From: an uncultured delta proteobacterium
GTDB lineage: Bacteria; Desulfobacterota; Binatia; UBA9968
Direction of reading: 5' to 3'
DNA: 64,000 nt
Assembly (NCBI GenBank): GCA_963727625.1
Contig: CAVSHR010000012.1
Span: forward strand, 416,001-480,000
Shown here: in pieces, positions 50,870-62,700 of the stretch
How positions within the stretch are numbered: position 1 is the stretch's first letter
How the letters are laid out: the number at the start of each line of letters is the position of its first letter
Notes under the pieces: generated by a model
What the model was told of the DNA's origin: nothing
Seen by the model: the letters and a program-made list of their open reading frames with translations, nothing else
The model's database searches: none
Translations under genes and position numbers: made by a program

Positions 50870-52072
50870 TCACGGCCGGAAGCGATAGTTCGGGCGAAGT
50901 TGCTGACGTCTAAGCCGACGACCGATATTGCCGGTGGTGCGCATTACGTTGCCGAGCCAAACCATCAACTCACCGAGCCGGCTGCCGCCGTTTGAAGTGA
51001 TCTCGGACCACGGCCGGCCACGCCGATAATCATCGGCAATCCGATTGATCGAACCGCGTCCTAAATACCAAACTCCGCGGAGCGCCGCGTATTGTCCGTA
51101 ACCGACTTGCAGTTGCTGTCGTTCTTGAAACAGGCCCCGTGCGCTGGTTCGCAGTTCATAGGCCAGGGCCTCAACAACCGCACGCTCACCGTTTTGCTCT
51201 TCGACAAACTGATTGATCGCCTCGATACGCTTCAGCAGCTCCCGTTCCGCTTTGGCCGCCGGGCTATCCAAAGATGCCGCCGACGGGAGCCGTTCAATTT
51301 TCACATAGCTCGGTTGATAATAGCGCAAAGCCCCGGGGAGAAATGCGCGCAATTGCTCGATGCGGGTTTCGTACCCGGGATGGGTCGAGAGAATTTCTGG
51401 CGGCGCATCCCTGCCACCTTCTTTTTTTTCCATCCGTTGCCAAAGATCGAGGGCGACCCGCGGATCGTAACCCGCTTTGGCCATCAGGATCAGACCGATC
51501 CGATCCGCCTCGGTTTCTTGCGAGCGGCTGAACGGCAGCGCCACGCCGATGCCCGCGCCGATACCGTAAACCTGCAGCACTTGGTTTGCCACAGCTGGAT
51601 TCTTGCTCAATGCGACGCCGAGTCCGGCGCCGACCGCCTGCAGTATAAGCCCTTGGCTCATCCTTTCCGCCGGATGACGCGCTAGCGCATGGGCGACTTC
51701 ATGGCCCAAAACGACGGCCAGACCAGCCTCGTCCCGCGCCGGCCCAAAGATTCCCGTATAGACGGCGACCTTGCCGCCGGGCACGGCGAAAGCGTTGACC
51801 ATTTCAGGATCGTTGATGACCGAAAACTCCCAATTGTAAGCCGGCCTGTCGGCGACCCGCGCGATGCGCTCGCCGACTTTTCTAACGATTCGTTCAGCCT
51901 CGCCGGCATGGGTTAGGACACTATCCCGCAACACATGCCTGTAGGCGTCATTGCCAAGAGCCGCTTCCTGGCCCTCGGAAACCAAAATCACTTGGCGACG
52001 GCCCGTATAAGGCGCAGTCGCGCAGCCTATGACGAAACAGAGAGCCAAAATCAATGACGAGTTTTTTTTCAT
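50870..52072 (-). CDS. M48 metallopeptidase lipoprotein with C-terminal extension
   Basis: Lipobox VIGC, NAFAVPGG, HEVAH, SRSQETEAD, LSTHP. Confidence 0.92.
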   Translation of the reverse strand: MKKNSSLILALCFVIGCATAPYTGRRQVILVSEGQEAALGNDAYRHVLRDSVLTHAGEAERIVRKVGERIARVADRPAYNWEFSVINDPEMVNAFAVPGGKVAVYTGIFGPARDEAGLAVVLGHEVAHALARHPAERMSQGLILQAVGAGLGVALSKNPAVANQVLQVYGIGAGIGVALPFSRSQETEADRIGLILMAKAGYDPRVALDLWQRMEKKEGGRDAPPEILSTHPGYETRIEQLRAFLPGALRYYQPSYVKIERLPSAASLDSPAAKAERELLKRIEAINQFVEEQNGERAVVEALAYELRTSARGLFQERQQLQVGYGQYAALRGVWYLGRGSINRIADDYRRGRPWSEITSNGGSRLGELMVWLGNVMRTTGNIGRRLRRQQLRPNYRFRP

Positions 52073-52218
52073 AATCTTGTCGCCGGCCGGTGCGTGCGAG
52101 TAGCTCTGCTCTCAATTTCAGCCAGCTTCGAAGGGATATTAACTGGTGATTTATTACACTGCAACAAACCGCCGCGCTGTTGATCGCATGATCGACGAAG
52201 GCGCAAGGACAAAGCTAA

Positions 52219-53616
52219 TCACAGCCCTAATTTGCCGGGATTCAAAATGTTGTTGGGGTCGAGGGTCTGCTTGATGTGGCGCATCACTTCCAAGCCATAA
52301 CCATGTTCCTCGGCCATTAGAGGCGCGAGCTTTATGCCAACGCCATGGGTGTATTCCATCGAGCCGCCCATTTGCTGGGCGAGACGAAGCAATTCCTCCA
52401 CGGTTTCTTGCAAGGCAAGCCGCGCGTTGGGCGTAGCCGCGCTCTCCTCGGCGCCGAGCCGCATGGAAAATAATTCCGGCTGCACCCACAAACCGTTCTC
52501 GTGCAAGCGCACGCCATGCCGGCGTACGACCCCCTGCGCCGCGCGTTTGTATTCAAGCACCTTAGACCCTGGCAGCGCGACGTGGATCCAATCACGATAG
52601 ACGCCGTCCCGGCCGCGCTCGCGGCGCTGGCGGCGGTTGCGCATGAAGCGGCGCGCGATGTCATGGCGTGCGAGCCAAAATTGTTCAGGTCCCTCTCGAG
52701 CTAAAGCTGCGCCGCCACCGGCTGTACATATCCGCTCGGCTAACACCTGCTCAGCCGATACCATCTCTTCGGTGCCCTCTAAAACCAGATACAACATCGA
52801 TCCCGGGGCATGCTTGTCCACGTCGTCGCCGAAGTCGAGCATCGCCGGCCGCAGGCGCGCTTCGAACAGCTGCTGAATCGCCTCGTATCCCGCTTCGAAG
52901 GAGGAAAACATGAAGCCCAGAAACCCCCGTGCCGCAGGCTTGGGAAAGATTCGAATCGTCGCCTCCGTGATGATGCCGAAACAGCCTTCGCCGCCGATTA
53001 GAAGACCGTTGAGATTCAAGCCGGCCGAATGTTTCGACACCGCACGCGTGCATAACAACTCGCCGTTGGGCAGCACCGCTTGCAATCCCAAAACCTGCTC
53101 GCCCATGGATCCGTAAATGGCCGCGCGATAGCCGACACTGTTAGTCGAGATCGCGCCGGCGACCGTCGCCACGGGTACCGTCCAAGGGTCGTGGCCGAGA
53201 ATGAAACCCACCTCGTTCAATTTCTGGTCCAAAGATTCCAAAACAACGCCGGCCTCGACCCGCGCCGCGCGCGCCAATGTATCGATTTCCAGAATCCGGT
53301 TCATGCCGCGCAAATCGACGGTCACGCAAGGGTGAATCGACAGCACCCCGCCCATCAGCCCCGAGCCGCCACCGAAGGGGACCAGGGCAATTTTTTCCTG
53401 ATTGGCAAACCGTACGATGCGTTGAACCTCGTCGGCGTTATGCGGCCGCACGGCGCAGAGCGGTGCGCGCACTTTGGGATCATGCGCCGGGTGGATCCGC
53501 CCCTCGCTCAAAGCATCCCACGACAGCTCGTCGAGCAGATCTGGATCGCGCGAAATATGCGCCGGATCGATCCAACTAGAAAGTCTATCGATAATTGCGT
53601 CCGCAGAAATACTCAT
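52219..53616 (-). CDS. FAD-binding oxidoreductase (GlcD / alkyl-DHAP-synthase-like)
   Basis: PFGGGSG, GEGCFGII, HGVG, LDPNNILNPGK. Confidence 0.9.
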   Translation of the reverse strand: MSISADAIIDRLSSWIDPAHISRDPDLLDELSWDALSEGRIHPAHDPKVRAPLCAVRPHNADEVQRIVRFANQEKIALVPFGGGSGLMGGVLSIHPCVTVDLRGMNRILEIDTLARAARVEAGVVLESLDQKLNEVGFILGHDPWTVPVATVAGAISTNSVGYRAAIYGSMGEQVLGLQAVLPNGELLCTRAVSKHSAGLNLNGLLIGGEGCFGIITEATIRIFPKPAARGFLGFMFSSFEAGYEAIQQLFEARLRPAMLDFGDDVDKHAPGSMLYLVLEGTEEMVSAEQVLAERICTAGGGAALAREGPEQFWLARHDIARRFMRNRRQRRERGRDGVYRDWIHVALPGSKVLEYKRAAQGVVRRHGVRLHENGLWVQPELFSMRLGAEESAATPNARLALQETVEELLRLAQQMGGSMEYTHGVGIKLAPLMAEEHGYGLEVMRHIKQTLDPNNILNPGKLGL

Positions 53617-53736
53617 GGCGATTTTTTCCCTGGGGCGTCGGAAATCATAGCGCAATCTCTCGGGTCGAGAAAGCACAATGCTGTCACACGAAGGCTTGGA
53701 ACTTGCCGATTGGAACTCGCGCACCACGGAGCCAAT

Positions 53737-55050
53737 TTAAAGCAACGTGCCTTCCAGGATCACCGCGGCGATAGTGAAATAAATAACTAAACCGGTCACG
53801 TCGACCAACGTGGCGACGAACGGTGCTGATGCACTGGCAGGGTCGAAGCCCAGACTACGCAGAATAAACGGCAGGATCGATCCCACCACCGAGCCCCACA
53901 GGACCACGCCGATCAGACTCAGGGCAACCGTCAAGGCGACCAGAAAATAATGATCGCCGTAAGCGTTGAACATATATTGCCAGAGAAGAATGCGGACGAG
54001 ACCGATCGAAGCAAGGATGGTACCCAAGCCGAAGCCGGTGATCACCTCACGCCGGATCACCCGCCACCAGTCGCGCAGTCGAACTTCGCCCAGAGCCATA
54101 GCGCGAATGACCAGCGTCGTCGCCTGCGAGCCGGAGTTGCCGCCGCTGCTGATGATCAGCGGAACGAACAACGCCAACACCACGGCGCGGGCGATCTCAG
54201 CTTGGAATTGTCCCATAGCAGTCGCGGTCAGCATTTCACCCAAAAACAATGCGGCCAGCCAACCGGCACGCTTGCGAATCATGCGCAACAAAGGCACCTG
54301 GAGATAGGGTTCCCCCAGCGTTTCCACGCCGCCGAGTTTTTGAATGTCCTCGGTCGCTTCCTCTTGGACGACGTCGACGATATCGTCGACGTTGACGACG
54401 CCTTTGATGCACCCCTCGGCGTCGACCACCGGCATCATGAGGAGATGATGGCGCATGAACAATTTGCTGAGCGCTTCCTGGTCGAGATCTTCTGGGACAG
54501 AAATGACCTCCGTACGCATGACGTCGCGCACCAGCTTATCTCCGGGCGACACCAGCAAATCGCGAAACGAAGCCACACCGAGCAGATGTTCCTCGGCATC
54601 GACAACAAAAACGTAATAGACGGTTTTTTCCCGGGTTCGCGCGTCCCTACGCAGGTAGCTAATCGCCTCGTCCACCGTCATCGTGGCGCGCAGGCGGGAG
54701 TAACGCGTGTTCATCAACCCGCCGGCTTCGTCTTCGGCGTAGTCGAGCAGCCCCTTGACCTCCCGCTTCATGGGATCCTCGAGGAGCGAAAGAAAATTCT
54801 CGCGTTCTTCTGCGAGCGCTTCTTGAATGACGTCGGCGGCATCGTCAGGCGCGAGTAGACGCATCCACAAGCGCTGCTCACCGGTCGGAAGTGTCGACAA
54901 GAGTTGGGCACGATCGCGCGCGCTCAGCTGCAGGAAAAAACTGTCAGCGTCGTTGCGCCCGAGATATTCAAACCCCTCGACGCGCTCTGGCAACGAGAGC
55001 ACCGGCCAGGCCTCATAGAGCTCCGCAGGTGAAAAATTTCGCTCTGCCAT
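53737..55050 (-). CDS. mgtE: Magnesium transporter MgtE
   Basis: AGGLM CBS pair, EEATEDI, SSGGNSGSQ, DPASASAPFVATLVD; start at ATG 55050. Confidence 0.95.
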   Translation of the reverse strand: MAERNFSPAELYEAWPVLSLPERVEGFEYLGRNDADSFFLQLSARDRAQLLSTLPTGEQRLWMRLLAPDDAADVIQEALAEERENFLSLLEDPMKREVKGLLDYAEDEAGGLMNTRYSRLRATMTVDEAISYLRRDARTREKTVYYVFVVDAEEHLLGVASFRDLLVSPGDKLVRDVMRTEVISVPEDLDQEALSKLFMRHHLLMMPVVDAEGCIKGVVNVDDIVDVVQEEATEDIQKLGGVETLGEPYLQVPLLRMIRKRAGWLAALFLGEMLTATAMGQFQAEIARAVVLALFVPLIISSGGNSGSQATTLVIRAMALGEVRLRDWWRVIRREVITGFGLGTILASIGLVRILLWQYMFNAYGDHYFLVALTVALSLIGVVLWGSVVGSILPFILRSLGFDPASASAPFVATLVDVTGLVIYFTIAAVILEGTLL

Positions 55051-55394
55051 TGCTGTAAACCCCCCGACACAACCGAAGACCTCACATAGGTAACATATCG
55101 CAAAGATGGCGCAAACCGGCGGGGGTTTAATGAACGAAGATGGGCACAACCTTAGCGAAAGGCACCAGAGGATTTGTTTTTAGTGTCATGGAAAATAGCG
55201 GGACGCCGTGCCGTTCAGTCAAATCGCCGACGCGGTATCTCGCGAAACATCATGGGTGCCTCCACAGGTGATCGAGCAGGCCGACATGGCTCAGATTCGT
55301 TACCAATCGCCGCATCCGGTTAGCGCCTACGGATCTAAACAGCCAGCCCATTTGATACGGCATTGGGAGCGGGTTAAGGTCGCTCCTAAACAGC

Positions 55395-56261
55395 ATGCTT
55401 GCCATCCTTCTCGGTCTCTTCGGTTCCTTCTGGTTCGCGGTTTCGATGATTTTGATCAACCGCGGCCTGCTGTCCGTAGACTATTTCCGCGGCCTGCTCG
55501 CCAATCTCGGCGTCAATGCTCTTTTTCTTTGGATTTACGTTTTGTTGTTCACCGAGCGGATCGACCTCTGGGCGCCGGCCAATCTGCTGTTCGTGCTGAT
55601 CGGCATCTTCGTTCCCGGCGTCGCGCGCTATTTCATTTTCAAAGGCATGGACAGACTCGGTGCGTCCATCTCATCGTGCTTGACTAACAGCAGCCCGCTG
55701 TTTGCCACGATTTTCGCGGTGGCCTTTCTCCAGGAGCACCCGAGCGTAACCAATCTCCTGGGGACACTTTCCATCGTCTCCGGTATCGCCTCGCTCTCCT
55801 GGCGCGGATCGAACAAGACGTGGCGCACCAAAGACTTGCTCTTTCCGCTCACAGCGGCCTTCCTGTTCGCCGCCCGCGATAACGTCGTCCGCGTCGGCGT
55901 GGTCCACATCAACTCGCCGATCCTCGGCGCAGCCATTGCCGCCACCACGTCGTTCGCCACCATGCTGCTCATGTACTTGGCTTTTGAGAAGAAGAAACCA
56001 CTCGCAGCATCGGCATTGCAGGGGCTGAAATTGTTCAGCGCCGCCGGCTTCATGAACTTTCTTTCTTACGCGTTTATCTTCACAGCACTTAGCATGGAGC
56101 GGGTGTCCATCCTCTCGCCCTTGGTCAACGCCTCATCCCTGTTCGTCGTGCCGCTCTCGGCGTTCTTTCTAAAAGGCGTCGAACAGCTCACGCCGAGAAA
56201 AATCGGCGCGGTGCCTTTGGTGATTCTCGGAGTATTTTTGATCGCGTGGGAAAAACTCTAA
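55395..56261 (+). CDS. DMT/EamA-family transporter
   Basis: About 10 TM helices in two repeats; PLFATIFAVAFLQE. Confidence 0.88.
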   Translation: MLAILLGLFGSFWFAVSMILINRGLLSVDYFRGLLANLGVNALFLWIYVLLFTERIDLWAPANLLFVLIGIFVPGVARYFIFKGMDRLGASISSCLTNSSPLFATIFAVAFLQEHPSVTNLLGTLSIVSGIASLSWRGSNKTWRTKDLLFPLTAAFLFAARDNVVRVGVVHINSPILGAAIAATTSFATMLLMYLAFEKKKPLAASALQGLKLFSAAGFMNFLSYAFIFTALSMERVSILSPLVNASSLFVVPLSAFFLKGVEQLTPRKIGAVPLVILGVFLIAWEKL

Positions 56262-56375
56262 CGGCTTTGCGCGCATGTCAGTGCGACAGGACACCCGTGA
56301 CGATCATGAGCCGCATCGATCGTCCTTACGGCTATGCGGCTCCCTACAGCCACCGAAGCCAACGGGCCATCAAAC

Positions 56376-57098
56376 TCAGTGAAACGTCGGACCACCGGAG
56401 TCGTCATCCTTGCCTCCAGGGACAATTTTGAAGCGACGCTTGAGCCGATCGAGCCGGCGGCGATCGAGATAGTCTTTGAAGCGATCCCAGGGATTGAACC
56501 CGCGCAAATAAATATAACCGAACACCATGCCGCCGAGATGGGCCAGGTGGGCGATCCCGCTGTGGCCTGATTGCATCGCAGAATAGAGCGCAATGGCTCC
56601 GATGATCATTACAAAATATTTTATCTTTATGGGAATCAAAAAATAGAAATAAACGATGCGGTTCGGATAGATCAAGCCATAGGCGAGTAAAATGCCATAG
56701 ACGCCGGCCGAGGCGCCGATACTCGGTCCCATTTGACCCGGAGCAAAAATGGTGTTGAGAATGCCGCCGCCGATGACCGAAACGAAGTAGTAACGCAGAA
56801 AAAAATTGCTTCCCCAGCGCCGTTCTAGATCGCAGCCAAACATCCACACCGCGAGCATATTAAAGAGTATGTGAAATATTCCCCCGTGCAAGAATTGGTA
56901 AGTAAATAGCTGCCAGATGTAAAGATCCCCTATGACCCGCTGCGGCACTAGACCGAAGTAGCGACTGAATTCGTAATCGAGATTCGTACCAACGATGGTC
57001 TGTAAAATGAAGACCGCGGTATTGGCGATGAGGAGAAACTTGATCGCGGGCGTCACCGCGCCCGGGCCGAAGATCATCTGTCGGGTCTGGTATTGCAC
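56376..57098 (-). CDS. Rhomboid intramembrane serine protease
   Basis: TYQFLH, HILFNM, GASAG, AHLAHLGG. Confidence 0.93.
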   Translation of the reverse strand: MQYQTRQMIFGPGAVTPAIKFLLIANTAVFILQTIVGTNLDYEFSRYFGLVPQRVIGDLYIWQLFTYQFLHGGIFHILFNMLAVWMFGCDLERRWGSNFFLRYYFVSVIGGGILNTIFAPGQMGPSIGASAGVYGILLAYGLIYPNRIVYFYFLIPIKIKYFVMIIGAIALYSAMQSGHSGIAHLAHLGGMVFGYIYLRGFNPWDRFKDYLDRRRLDRLKRRFKIVPGGKDDDSGGPTFH

Positions 57099-57151
57099 TG
57101 GGTTTGAGTTTAACCGTTCGGCGGCGCCGATTAAAGACGGCGACGATGAAT

Positions 57152-57839
57152 TTATCCACCCAAGTAGGCCTGGCGGACAAGATCGTTACCAGCCAATTCG
57201 CTGGCCGTACCTTCAAGAATCACGTTGCCGGTTTCCAGGACATAGCCGCGGTGCGATATCGCCAGCGCCATGGCGGCGTTTTGTTCTACCAGCAAAACGG
57301 TTACGCCGCTGTCGTTGATCGCGCGGATGTCCTCGAGAATTTGCTCGACGATCTTCGGCGCCAGTCCCATGGACGGCTCGTCGAGGAGGAGGAGCTTAGG
57401 TTTGGCCATCAGTGCCCGACCGATGGCGAGCATTTGCTGTTCACCGCCGGAGAGGGTGCCCGCGTATTGCTTCTGGCGCTCCCTCAAGCGAGGAAACATT
57501 TGGAAAACGAAATCCAACTCCGGCCCGAGTGCGCTTTGATGACGCGCGTAGCCGCCAATCTTGAGATTTTCCAACACGGTAAAGCGCGGGAAAACCTTGC
57601 GGCCCTCCGGCACATGGGCGATGCCCCGCCGCACGATCTCGTGGCTATCGATCTTGTGCAACGCTTCGTTTTCGAGCTGCACCGAACCGCGGACCGGCCG
57701 CAACAAACCGGACAGGGTTTTTAGCGTGGTGGTTTTGCCCGCGCCGTTGGCGCCAAGCAACGTCACCAATTCGCCCTGCTGGACGGCGAACGACACCCCT
57801 TTCAGAGCGTGGATCGCGCCGTAGCAGACGTGGATATCG

Positions 57840-57853
<14 letters not shown>
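57152..57853 (-). CDS. livF: Branched-chain amino acid ABC transporter ATP-binding protein
   Basis: GANGAGKTT, VPEGRKVF, LSGGEQQ, LDEPSMGLAP. Confidence 0.93.
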
Positions 57854-58625
<772 letters not shown>

Positions 58626-58626
58626 A

Positions 58627-59874
58627 CTAATCCTTGCGCTCCCGGCCCGGCGGCAAAACTCCCTGCGGGCGAAAGATCATCATCAAAATCAATATCAAAC
58701 CGAACACCATGCGCTCGTATTTCGCCGGCTCGAACTGGACCGGCAGCTGGCTGAGCGGGTAGCTGCCGAGCAACGGAATCGTCAGCACCGCCCCCGACTG
58801 GCGCAGGCCGTTAAGCCAGAGCGACATCCCTTTGAGCAACTGCAAATTGAGAATTGTGACACCGGTGGCGCCGAGCACGGCGCCCGGGATGGAACCCATG
58901 CCGCCGAGAATGACCATCGCCAGGACACCGATGGATTCCATGAATGTAAAGCTCTCCGGATTGATGAAGACCTGCTTGGCGGCGAACAACACGCCGACGG
59001 CGGAGGCTAAGGACGCGCCGACGGCACAACCGAGCAACTTCATGCGCACCACCGGCACGCCCATCGCCGAGGCGGCGACCTCGTCTTCGCGGATTGCCTT
59101 CCAGGCCCGGCCGATGCGGGAATTTTCCAGCCGCCGCGTAGCCACGACGATTACGCAAACGATGATCAAAATCAAAAAATAAAAATACAGCGGATAGAGC
59201 TTCGCCTCGGGGACTTGCACGTTGAAGAATTCCAGCAGCGGTTGAAAAAATAACGGCGGCTTGGAAATCGGCGAGATGCCGCGCGGGCCGTTGGTGAGAT
59301 TGACCGGCTTGTCGAGATTGTTCACCAGCGCGCGCACCACTTCGGCGAAACCAAGGGTGACGATGGCGAGATAGTCGCCGCGCACGCGCATCACCGGCAG
59401 GCCCAACAGAAACCCGGTCACGGCGCCAATGGCGACGCTCAGGAGCAAGAATGGAAAAAACCAATTGGCTGAGAGCGGGAATAAACCGCCGGCGATAAAT
59501 TCGTTGGCCTGCGGCGAGCCGAAGATCGCCCAGAGATAGGCGCCGATGGCGTAGAAGGCGACAAAGCCCAAATTGAGCAGGCCGACGAAGCCGACAACGA
59601 TGTTGAGACCTAGCGCCAGCGCGACATAGATGCCGATCTGGATCGCCACTTCGAGATAGTAGCCGTTCAACCAGCCGAGCACTGGCAGCAACACCCCGAG
59701 CAAGAGCGCGCCGAGGATATATTTAACCTTGCGCGGCGCCGCGACGTAGTAAATCAAGAGCAGCGAGGCTTCGACGGCCAGGAAAGCGAGAACCGATTGG
59801 GGAAAGAAAAACGCGAGCAGGCAACTGGCAACAATATAGCCGCACAGAGACAACACAGTGAGAAAACGGTTCAC
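58627..59874 (-). CDS. livM: Branched-chain amino acid ABC transporter permease
   Basis: GLNIVVG, GDYLAIVTLGF, AIREDE. Confidence 0.92.
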   Translation of the reverse strand: MNRFLTVLSLCGYIVASCLLAFFFPQSVLAFLAVEASLLLIYYVAAPRKVKYILGALLLGVLLPVLGWLNGYYLEVAIQIGIYVALALGLNIVVGFVGLLNLGFVAFYAIGAYLWAIFGSPQANEFIAGGLFPLSANWFFPFLLLSVAIGAVTGFLLGLPVMRVRGDYLAIVTLGFAEVVRALVNNLDKPVNLTNGPRGISPISKPPLFFQPLLEFFNVQVPEAKLYPLYFYFLILIIVCVIVVATRRLENSRIGRAWKAIREDEVAASAMGVPVVRMKLLGCAVGASLASAVGVLFAAKQVFINPESFTFMESIGVLAMVILGGMGSIPGAVLGATGVTILNLQLLKGMSLWLNGLRQSGAVLTIPLLGSYPLSQLPVQFEPAKYERMVFGLILILMMIFRPQGVLPPGRERKD

Positions 59875-60839
59875 GCCTTGCTCTCCCGTACCGTCTCTCC
59901 GAGCAGCCCTTTGGGACGAAAGATCAGGATGAGTATCAAGACCAAGAAAGCAACGACGTCTTTATACTCGGCGCCAAAAGCACCGTTCGTCAATAAGGAA
60001 AGATAAGAAGCTGCGAACGCCTCCAACAAACCGAGCATCATGCCGCCCACCATGGCGCCTGGGATGTTGCCGATGCCGCCGAGCACCGCCGCGGTGAAGG
60101 CTTTCATGCCGGGGATGAAACCGGTGTAAGGATTGACCAGGCTATAGTGGATGCCAAAAAGCACGCCGGCCAACCCGCCCAAGGCACCGCCGACAAAAAA
60201 CGTCAGCGCGATGACCCGATGAACCGGCACGCCCATCAGCGAAGCGGTGTCTGGATCTTGCGCCACGGCGCGAATCGCCATGCCCATTTTGGTCCGGTTG
60301 ACGAAGTAAGACAGCCCCGCCAGCGTCAACAACGCCATGACGATCACAAGCATCGATTTTACCGGAATCACCAGACTCGCAGTGATCGGCAGAGTCCGGT
60401 CGAGAAACTCCAGACTGGGATAGTTCAGATAAAATGTGTTGCGCCACAGACTTTCGAAAAGGCGCAGACTATCTTGCAAAAAAAATGACGCACCGATCGC
60501 CGAAATCAATGCCACCAGACGCGGGCCGCCGAGGAGGGGGCGGTAGGCGACGCGCTCTAGGGCCATCGCCGCGACGCCGCTGATCACCATCGCGGTAACG
60601 ATGACGAGAAACAATACGACCGCCGGATGGAGCGTGCCGAGGTAGCCCGAGCTCTGCAGCGACAACATCACTTCGACGCCGACAAAGGCGCCGAGCACAA
60701 AGATCTCGCTATGGGCGAAGTTAATAAACTCCAAGACGCCGTACACCATGGTATAGCCCAAGGCGATCAGCGCGTACATGAAGCCCAAGACGACGCCGTC
60801 CAGGAGAACTTGAGGCAGAATTTCCAGTGCGAGTTCCAA
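59871..60839 (-). CDS. livH: Branched-chain amino acid ABC transporter permease
   Basis: YALIALGYTMVYG, INFAH, KAFTAAVLGGIG. Confidence 0.93.
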   Translation of the reverse strand: MELALEILPQVLLDGVVLGFMYALIALGYTMVYGVLEFINFAHSEIFVLGAFVGVEVMLSLQSSGYLGTLHPAVVLFLVIVTAMVISGVAAMALERVAYRPLLGGPRLVALISAIGASFFLQDSLRLFESLWRNTFYLNYPSLEFLDRTLPITASLVIPVKSMLVIVMALLTLAGLSYFVNRTKMGMAIRAVAQDPDTASLMGVPVHRVIALTFFVGGALGGLAGVLFGIHYSLVNPYTGFIPGMKAFTAAVLGGIGNIPGAMVGGMMLGLLEAFAASYLSLLTNGAFGAEYKDVVAFLVLILILIFRPKGLLGETVRESKA

Positions 60840-61105
60840 AGCGCTGTTGACCCTTCAAAGGCCGTCATGCTAACAAATAGTCGCCGCCGTCGCCACTATT
60901 ACGCCGGCGCATTTCGCAAATCGCCGTCTGATGGGCAACGACAATGACGCAAGCCTAATGATTCACGGCTGACAGTCGACGCCGGCACGGCCAAATGCTT
61001 TTGCGAATCCAACCGAGCCCGCGGCGGAACGACGGATAAACTTGCCGGCGATTCTTTGGAAACAAGGGCCGATCGCGTATAATAAGCGCAACAAAGAATT
61101 GTAAT

Positions 61106-62680
61106 ATGCCGGACGCAGTTTCATCGCCGACCCTAGCTTTGCCGTCGTGGAGCTACAAGATCAAACGAGTGGCGTGGATTGCGCTCGGGGTCCTCACCTT
61201 CATATTCGCGGTCATCTTGATCGTGCCCCATTTCGTCGACCTTGGATTATTCAAGAGCACTTATCTGCCACGCGTCGAGGAGGCACTTAATCGCCATCTC
61301 GACATCGGCGAGGTTCGGCTGAGCCTCGTGCCCTCGCCGTCGATCCGCTTGTCTAACTTAAAAGTATTCGACGGCCCGGCTTTTGCGAACAACACCTTCT
61401 TCTCGGCGCAGCAAGTCCAATTGCGTCTCAGGCTCTGGCCGCTCTTGCATGGCCGCTTCGAAGTTTCCGAGCTGGTGCTCGACAAGCCGATTTTCAATTT
61501 ATTAAAGAAGCCGGACGGCACGATCCATTATTCCGATATCGCGGGCAAGAATACGGCGCCGGTCAGCCGGCGCGACGTGAGAAGACGGACCGTGGCGCCG
61601 CGCGCGGTCGAAACCGCCGCCCCGCCGCTGTTGATTCCCGGCAAAATGAGGGTCCGCGACGGCGAGCTCAACGTGGTCACCAAAGGGCAAGCACCGGTCA
61701 AAATCAAAGGCATCGATCTGTCGCTCCGCGAGTTTTCCAGTGACGCGCCGTTTCCGTTTCGCGCTTCGTTCAGCTATCCCGGGCTCAGGACCGTAACCTT
61801 GGAAGGCGAGCTGAATTATCAGGAAGACAAAGCACTTCTCGATCTCAAGAATAGTCGGATTAAAATTCAGGACCTGACTCTGCCCGTGCAGGGCAGCGTG
61901 AGCAATCTATCGGGTACGCCGCGGGTCAACCTCAATCTCAACACGGGTGATGTTGACGCCAAGCCGGTCTTTCAGATTCTGTCGGTTTTCGGTCTGGCGC
62001 CGCGTGACACCGAGATTTCCGGCCCCATGGGTTTGTCCGTGAACGTCGCCGGTCCTTCGACCGGTTTGGTGACTCAGGTTCGCGGCCGATTCAAGGATGT
62101 CAAAGTCGACGGCAAGCGCGCCTTAAAAGGCAACCTCAGCGGCGAAGTTTTGATCACCCTGCCCTTGGGAAGCGGACCCGTGAGCGGGCGACTGCGGGGC
62201 AACGGAAAATTGACCGCGCGCGACGGCGAGCTCACCAACGTCAATCTGATCAAAAAGATCGAGCGGGTCACCGGCATGATCGGCTTGTCGAAAGACGAGC
62301 GGCGCCAAGCCACCACGTTCAAAACGCTGGAAGCGGATTTTCTGATCGGCGGCGGCTATGCCGAATTTACTCGCCTTTACCTGGTCAATCCGCAGATGGA
62401 AGTCACCGGCAACGGCACGATGACCATCGAACAGCCGACCCTGGACATGGCGATCAGCACGGCGCTCGCGCCGCAGGCTTCGGCGCGCGCGGGGCGCGGC
62501 CGGATGACAAATTTTTTCAAGGACAAGCAAGGACGAATCGTCGTGCCGTTGAAAGTCACCGGTCTGGTGGAAAACCCGTCGGTCAACTTGAACACCGGCA
62601 AGCTCGCCGAGTCGGGAGTACCTCAAAATATCGAGCAGGGATTCAGCTCCTTCTTCAAACGGCTGTTCCGCAGCCGTTGA
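61106..62680 (+). CDS. AsmA-family protein
   Basis: N-terminal TM, LRLWPLLHGRFEVSELVL, beta-rich body, VPLKVTG..NP C-terminus. Confidence 0.82.
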   Translation: MPDAVSSPTLALPSWSYKIKRVAWIALGVLTFIFAVILIVPHFVDLGLFKSTYLPRVEEALNRHLDIGEVRLSLVPSPSIRLSNLKVFDGPAFANNTFFSAQQVQLRLRLWPLLHGRFEVSELVLDKPIFNLLKKPDGTIHYSDIAGKNTAPVSRRDVRRRTVAPRAVETAAPPLLIPGKMRVRDGELNVVTKGQAPVKIKGIDLSLREFSSDAPFPFRASFSYPGLRTVTLEGELNYQEDKALLDLKNSRIKIQDLTLPVQGSVSNLSGTPRVNLNLNTGDVDAKPVFQILSVFGLAPRDTEISGPMGLSVNVAGPSTGLVTQVRGRFKDVKVDGKRALKGNLSGEVLITLPLGSGPVSGRLRGNGKLTARDGELTNVNLIKKIERVTGMIGLSKDERRQATTFKTLEADFLIGGGYAEFTRLYLVNPQMEVTGNGTMTIEQPTLDMAISTALAPQASARAGRGRMTNFFKDKQGRIVVPLKVTGLVENPSVNLNTGKLAESGVPQNIEQGFSSFFKRLFRSR

Positions 62681-62700
62681 TGGGAAACTCCCGAACGCGA

